Made by a program: the position numbers and the translations under genes
Notes under the pieces: model-generated
The model's database searches: none
Told to the model about the DNA's origin: nothing
The model's input: only the letters and a program-made list of their open reading frames with translations
Virus record (IMG/VR): IMGVR_UViG_3300032233_000872
Span: 1 to 40,036 of that record
Strand: one strand, 5' to 3'
DNA length: 40,036 nt
Origin: a virus
Taxonomy: Duplodnaviria; Caudoviricetes
Shown: piece after piece, positions 35,476 through 40,036 of the stretch
How positions within the stretch are numbered: the first letter of the stretch is position 1
How the letters are laid out: every line of letters starts with the position of its first letter

Positions 35476-35906
35476 GATATGTTAATTGTGTCCGTTTTTG
35501 CATTCAGTCTGTGGATGGTACATAAGTCAATTGGTATTTCTATAAACTGTTCCCACCTTGTGTACTTGGTGCGTTTAGAAACTATCGGGCTGGTAAACAA
35601 TGCTTCACCTGTAGTGACTAGAGCGTGATCACGTTCATCATTTAACATGACAAAGAATGTATTCGGTTTAGCAAACTTTGCTTTACGTGCAGAGAAGTGA
35701 ACACAATCGTAAGGGAATGTTTTTCCCTTCCAGTTGTGTTTTACTTCAACTTCCACACCTGTTCCGGTAGATGTAATCAAATCAATACCATATTTGTCTT
35801 CGTTAACTGCAGCAATGACACCATGTTTCTTCAACCATTTGATTACAAGTTCTTTGGCAGGGTCATCTTCTGCATAGGTTTCTGCACTGAATGGTTTGTG
35901 GCTCAT
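35472..35906 (-). CDS. PD-(D/E)xK-like nuclease
   Basis: YGIDL...VEVEVKHNW. Confidence 0.55.
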   Translation of the reverse strand: MSHKPFSAETYAEDDPAKELVIKWLKKHGVIAAVNEDKYGIDLITSTGTGVEVEVKHNWKGKTFPYDCVHFSARKAKFAKPNTFFVMLNDERDHALVTTGEALFTSPIVSKRTKYTRWEQFIEIPIDLCTIHRLNAKTDTINIS

Positions 35907-36250
35907 ACTTTGATTGCTTTCAGTTCACGAACCTGAATGTCGTCGTCAAACGCAACGCCGTTTAAGCCGTCTAGAATTGATTTCACATAGTTATCTATGT
36001 CTCCTTGCAGTGCACTTGGTGTAGGAGAGTCCAGTTCTTGTATGTGTACGATAAAATAGTTTTTCCCGAACTCAATTTCAACGGATACGGGCTTGTCTTT
36101 GAAACGTTTTCGTTTGTCCCATCCTGCTGCAACTTTTGCTTCAAACTCATGAGTTGTTTTAGGTGTGAAGACTCGTCCTCGTCTGAACCTTGGTCGTTCT
36201 TTTGCTTTGGGTCTGAACTCATATCTTTGCGTATGCTTTTTTAGTGCCAT
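35903..36250 (-). CDS. rusA: RusA-like Holliday junction resolvase
   Basis: KERPR, DIDNYVKSILDGLNGVAFDDDIQV. Confidence 0.9.
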   Translation of the reverse strand: MALKKHTQRYEFRPKAKERPRFRRGRVFTPKTTHEFEAKVAAGWDKRKRFKDKPVSVEIEFGKNYFIVHIQELDSPTPSALQGDIDNYVKSILDGLNGVAFDDDIQVRELKAIKV

Positions 36251-36258
36251 TCATGAAT

Positions 36259-37179
36259 CTACCTTTCACCATAAACCCTTGTTATCAGTCTAATCATTTC
36301 TTTCTCAGCATCGGGACGTAAGTGAAACTTTCCCCAACGCTTGTCTGCTGATTCAAGCAACTTGTAACACTGTTCAGGTGTGAACCCTTGCTCCTGTAGT
36401 AGCGCAACAAACTTATACAAGGTGATGGATCTGTCACTTCCAACCCGAGGTCCGTCACGCCATACCATCATTGGGAATGGACCCATCATTGATATGAGTT
36501 CTTCCACATCGGCACTGTCCACATTGTCTATGACAACAGTTCTGGTGACAGGTGGCTTGTACAAGGACGCTATGGATTCCAACTGCTCAGGTGTAGTGCG
36601 AGATACCAAGGCTTGAGTAACAAACTCATGCAAAGGCATTTGTTTGTTCTCGGCATCCAGCATGTATCGGAACTTTGTTTCCACACGTTCCTCATCAAAG
36701 TTCAGGGCACTCGGATACGGCAAGCGCACATAGTTCCCTAATCCGCCCCTCAGTTCCTCCTGTTTAGGATTAACTTCGGTTGGGGGGTAGTCAATGACCT
36801 GATGGGCTGCAAGGAACGCACGCCTCATTGTGGGGGCTGAAACAGTCTTGTTAGTGAACACCCAAATGTGGTAGCCCTTACGGGTTTTCTCTACCCATGC
36901 TGGGATCTGTTTCATGTTGAACGCTAGTTGCAGATTTAATGCTGCATCTAGATCGTCAACATCAATGTCACTGCAACCCCATACACACCGTTCACCATCT
37001 GGCATTGGCACTACAGGATACACCCCGATGAGTTCTACCCCATGTAAGTGTCGCCAAAAGGATTCTTGTGTCAATGGTTTACGTGCACAGCCTCCTGCCC
37101 AAGTTCCGTGTGCGTCTCCACGTCCACGGAACAATGTCATGAAGTCGCCTGAGATGTCTTCAGTCTCTATCATCATCAT
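36259..37179 (-). CDS. Archaeo-eukaryotic primase (AEP) / primase-polymerase
   Basis: GVYP, SDIDVDD (motif I), EKTRKGYHIW (motif II), GNYVRLPY (motif III), helical C-terminus; start likely in the MMM run at 37179-37173. Confidence 0.85.
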   Translation of the reverse strand: MMMIETEDISGDFMTLFRGRGDAHGTWAGGCARKPLTQESFWRHLHGVELIGVYPVVPMPDGERCVWGCSDIDVDDLDAALNLQLAFNMKQIPAWVEKTRKGYHIWVFTNKTVSAPTMRRAFLAAHQVIDYPPTEVNPKQEELRGGLGNYVRLPYPSALNFDEERVETKFRYMLDAENKQMPLHEFVTQALVSRTTPEQLESIASLYKPPVTRTVVIDNVDSADVEELISMMGPFPMMVWRDGPRVGSDRSITLYKFVALLQEQGFTPEQCYKLLESADKRWGKFHLRPDAEKEMIRLITRVYGER

Positions 37180-37318
37180 CCAATGGTTTTTGTCTTCTGA
37201 TGCTGGGTTCCTTGAGTTCTTCTTGTGCGTCATACTTGAACCAAGTATGTAGCACTGTTGATACAGCAACACCAACCATCGCTAAAGAAACCAACGCAAT
37301 ACCTATAAACAATCTCAT
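37160..37318 (-). CDS. Small single-TM membrane protein, 52 aa
   Basis: Start MRLFIG at 37318, GGAG RBS, ATGA overlap with the helicase stop. Confidence 0.65.
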   Translation of the reverse strand: MRLFIGIALVSLAMVGVAVSTVLHTWFKYDAQEELKEPSIRRQKPLDDDDRD

Positions 37319-38370
37319 AGCATCTCCGTTTGTTTCCATGTTTGTTGACGTAGGTATTGGTCGGGTAGTTCCCCGTTCTTTAGTTCCCACAAACGTCCTG
37401 TGCGTACATCCAACTCAAAGTCCACATCATCAACAAGGCTACCTGCTGGACGTTTATTCTTCAGCAGTGACATTGTTAGCGTGTACTCATGGATACGTTG
37501 GTCGTGCTTCAGTTCGTCGAGACGTTCTTGCGCACGTTCACTGTGGTTGCGTTCCAGTTTCTCTTGAAGTTCGTTGATCTCTGATGCGATCTCGTACTTC
37601 TTACGGCGAACACCAATCACTGTTGTTGCTTGTTGTTCACCACCGAACGAACCTGATGACATGGTTAGTTTTTTACCGTCGGCTCCTGATGTTCGTGATG
37701 TCTGATGCAACACCATTAACGGGATGTCGTGCCTACGTCCGAATGACTTGAGGAACTGTGCTTTTGCCGGCACTGTTTCTCCTGCTTCAACAAGTTCTAG
37801 ATAGTCCACTACAACGAGTTCGGGTTTATCGCCCCATACGTCACATACTTCTTTGTAGCCACGTTCCATATCGCTAGGTACTAGTGGTTGGTCAAATACA
37901 GCGAGGTTAGGGAAGTCTTCTTCGGCTGTACGCCTCAGTAGGTTGATTGCGTCTGCGTCATCGCAGGCAATGCGGTTCTCTAAGTCTCTTGCGTCAACGC
38001 CGTGATGCATGCAAGCAAGTTTGGTTAGTACCAAGGTGCGTGGTTCATCAGGGATGAACAGTGCTATCCGTTTGTCACGGTTAGCGAGCAGTGTGTGTAA
38101 CAACGCTAACGTTTTTCCACCGTGGCTGTAACCAATCATTAGTGCGAGTTCTCCTGCAGCGATACCACGCATTTCTTTGTCAAGTGGGTCAATGCCCAAG
38201 TAGACACGTTCGTTAGGCGACTGTGCCCAACGAACAAAAGATTCTGCAGCGTCACTGAGTGGCGAGTACATACGATATTCGGGTAGGGAAACGGAAACAG
38301 GGGGCATTGCTGCCCCCTGTTCTACCGTATCCCAGCCCGCAATTATTTCTTCTGCGGTTAATCTAGGCAT
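37315..38370 (-). CDS. dnaB: DnaB-like (SF4) replicative helicase
   Basis: GELALMIGYSHGGKT, VVVDYL, HQTSR, GGEQQA, KNKR. Confidence 0.85.
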   Translation of the reverse strand: MPRLTAEEIIAGWDTVEQGAAMPPVSVSLPEYRMYSPLSDAAESFVRWAQSPNERVYLGIDPLDKEMRGIAAGELALMIGYSHGGKTLALLHTLLANRDKRIALFIPDEPRTLVLTKLACMHHGVDARDLENRIACDDADAINLLRRTAEEDFPNLAVFDQPLVPSDMERGYKEVCDVWGDKPELVVVDYLELVEAGETVPAKAQFLKSFGRRHDIPLMVLHQTSRTSGADGKKLTMSSGSFGGEQQATTVIGVRRKKYEIASEINELQEKLERNHSERAQERLDELKHDQRIHEYTLTMSLLKNKRPAGSLVDDVDFELDVRTGRLWELKNGELPDQYLRQQTWKQTEML

Positions 38371-38375
38371 CTAAG

Positions 38376-38801
38376 TTACTTACCCTTTGGTGGCCAGAAA
38401 GCCTTGTCGCCACTGGTTGCTTTGAACCAAGGACGTTTCGGGTTTGCGGCTAGTCCGTCACGGTTGTCATACACTTCAGACACGCCTGACTTCTTGCATT
38501 CTGCAAGGAGCCAGTTCGGAATGTCGCCGTGTTGATCACCACGTACTTTGATGGTGAACCCTGATGACGGTGCTGACTCAACTTGAGTTACTGCACCGAA
38601 TGCTGATTCAAGTGTTTGTGTTGCTGCTTCAACATTTGCGGTCTCACCGTAAATGCTGTCCATCAAAACATCCTTGATCTCAACGAAGATCAAAGTGAAA
38701 CGATTCACTGTGTCTTCTGCACTGAGTTCTGTTGTTGTGCCTGTTAGTTCGCTAGCAATTTTTGCTGCTACCTGTGTGATGATTGACCTATCTTTATCCA
38801 T
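38376..38801 (-). CDS. Hypothetical protein, possible ssDNA-binding/recombination accessory
   Basis: Start MDKDRS (TAATG-coupled, GGAGG RBS); between nuclease and helicase; C-terminal VYDNR...NPKRPWFK...FWP. Confidence 0.65.
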   Translation of the reverse strand: MDKDRSIITQVAAKIASELTGTTTELSAEDTVNRFTLIFVEIKDVLMDSIYGETANVEAATQTLESAFGAVTQVESAPSSGFTIKVRGDQHGDIPNWLLAECKKSGVSEVYDNRDGLAANPKRPWFKATSGDKAFWPPKGK

Positions 38802-39643
38802 TACTGAGCCTCCTGACTCCATTGTTGCTCCACGTCGGAGACGTGTGAGCCTTTACATATTGACCACCACGAACACCATGATTCTGAACATAGGAAGTGT
38901 TGGTCATTTATCGGCCAGTTTGATTCCCTGCCGATCCGCATTGCAGATTGCACGATTGATGCAGTCTGTTTTACGATCCATTGTCCATGTGCTTCTGTGC
39001 GTTGCACTGGAACAATTTGTCCCTGCGAGTTATTCGCTCTGGTCATTACACCAAAGTTAAACGTGACAGGGAAGTGTGAAAGTTCGTTGAACACAGCAGC
39101 GTAAGCATACACGCTTGATTGCACGTTTTGCTTCTGCTTCTCTGATTGTGAGTATTTACGTGAGGATGTTTTCCAATCCCACAACACACCGTCGGGACTG
39201 AGGTAGTCCATTGTGCCTTCAAACCAAATCTCGTACAAGTCGTTGCCAACCTGAACTGATGTTGGTGTGGGTACTTTGAACTTGTACTCAACCTCACCAC
39301 CGAACGTAACGTGAGGCATGATGTCTCGCACCCATGTTTCTGCCATCAACCCTGTGTGGGGCATCATGGTGTCGGGCTTGATGTTTGTTTGCTTCCAGTT
39401 ATCTTCAGCCATCAACGCTTCTAGTGACTCTTGCGCTACGCCTGCGATCTTCGTGGGGTCAAGATCGCCAACTAGCACACGTTCAATAGCAGCGTGCACT
39501 GCCGTACCCATGATGGTTGCATCTGATCCTGATCGGAACTCTGGGTGTGTGATTTGGAACTTGCCTCGTTGCATACACATGAGTGTGTCACCGAGCCATG
39601 ATTGGCGGACATAAATACGTTTGTTATCTTCTTCTATTTTCAC
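38801..39643 (-). CDS. Cas4/RecB-like PD-(D/E)xK exonuclease
   Basis: GTAVH, E, GTMD, DWKT, QxxxY; one N-terminal plus three C-terminal Cys (CSESWCSWWSIC). Confidence 0.85.
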   Translation of the reverse strand: MKIEEDNKRIYVRQSWLGDTLMCMQRGKFQITHPEFRSGSDATIMGTAVHAAIERVLVGDLDPTKIAGVAQESLEALMAEDNWKQTNIKPDTMMPHTGLMAETWVRDIMPHVTFGGEVEYKFKVPTPTSVQVGNDLYEIWFEGTMDYLSPDGVLWDWKTSSRKYSQSEKQKQNVQSSVYAYAAVFNELSHFPVTFNFGVMTRANNSQGQIVPVQRTEAHGQWIVKQTASIVQSAMRIGRESNWPINDQHFLCSESWCSWWSICKGSHVSDVEQQWSQEAQ

Positions 39644-40036
39644 TTGTTAGAACCTTTCGTTCCGTTATAAATATATCGCCGTTTGGAGATATATGACTGT
39701 GATATTTCTATTTCAAACATTTCTTTTACTTGTTTTATTACTGTTGCATTTCTCACACCTGCATCTATTGACTCACGTATGAACTCTTTTGCTTCGGGTG
39801 TGACTTTGTTATTCATTGTCCAACCCGTTTTAATATTATTAGTGTTAAGCATGTCGTGTGCTCTCGCACACATGCCCAACATTGTTAATAGTTTCTCCGT
39901 AGTCCACGGTGCGCTGTAGCCCATGTGTTCACATATGACTGACGCATACATCATGTCTTTCGGTAGATCTACAAGAACAGGAGTTTTACCTTTCAGCACT
40001 ACATCGCACAAACAATCAAGGTCGTGGTCTTTATGA
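39640..40036 (-). CDS. Origin-spanning protein with Cys/His N-terminus and HTH-like C-terminus
   Basis: Frame stays open through the terminal repeat to ATG 146/152 or GTG 173, adding MLNKPGCGHKDHDLDCL; C-terminal VKEMFEIEISQSYISKRR. Confidence 0.7.
   Translation of the reverse strand, partial: HKDHDLDCLCDVVLKGKTPVLVDLPKDMMYASVICEHMGYSAPWTTEKLLTMLGMCARAHDMLNTNNIKTGWTMNNKVTPEAKEFIRESIDAGVRNATVIKQVKEMFEIEISQSYISKRRYIYNGTKGSNK
39914..40036. repeat. Direct terminal repeat, right copy
   Basis: Identical to 1-123. Confidence 0.97.

Overview
This window looks like a complete, circularly assembled ~39.9 kb tailed phage genome: bases 1-123 repeat at 39914-40036 and one ORF reads through the join. The architecture is podovirus-like. 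There are three blocks. (1) A minus-strand early/accessory region (~310-7991) carries an amidoligase, a class II glutamine amidotransferase, a secreted lytic transglycosylase and many small unknown genes. (2) A plus-strand late region (8138-34236) carries TerS, TerL, portal, scaffold, major capsid, adaptor, nozzle, three fibre-like genes, four putative ejection proteins including a 2930-aa giant, a holin and an M15 endolysin. (3) A minus-strand replication block (34184-40036) carries a Cas4/RecB-like nuclease, DnaB-like helicase, AEP primase, RusA and a stand-alone sigma-70 region 4-like protein. I saw no integrase, family A/B DNA polymerase, tRNA or CRISPR array. An actinobacterial host is plausible but only inferred. 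The most striking unexplained signal is a family of six ATAATCCCGA-(2-3 nt)-TCGGGATTAT palindromes, each upstream of an early gene. The four internal copies extend into 63-67 nt hairpins whose outer arms co-vary and which start at or just after the previous gene's stop codon. A second signal is a GT(T/G)ACAA motif 20-22 nt before the ATG of late genes that lack a ribosome-binding site, a probable phage-specific leaderless late promoter. All protein calls come from recognising motifs by eye; no database search was run.
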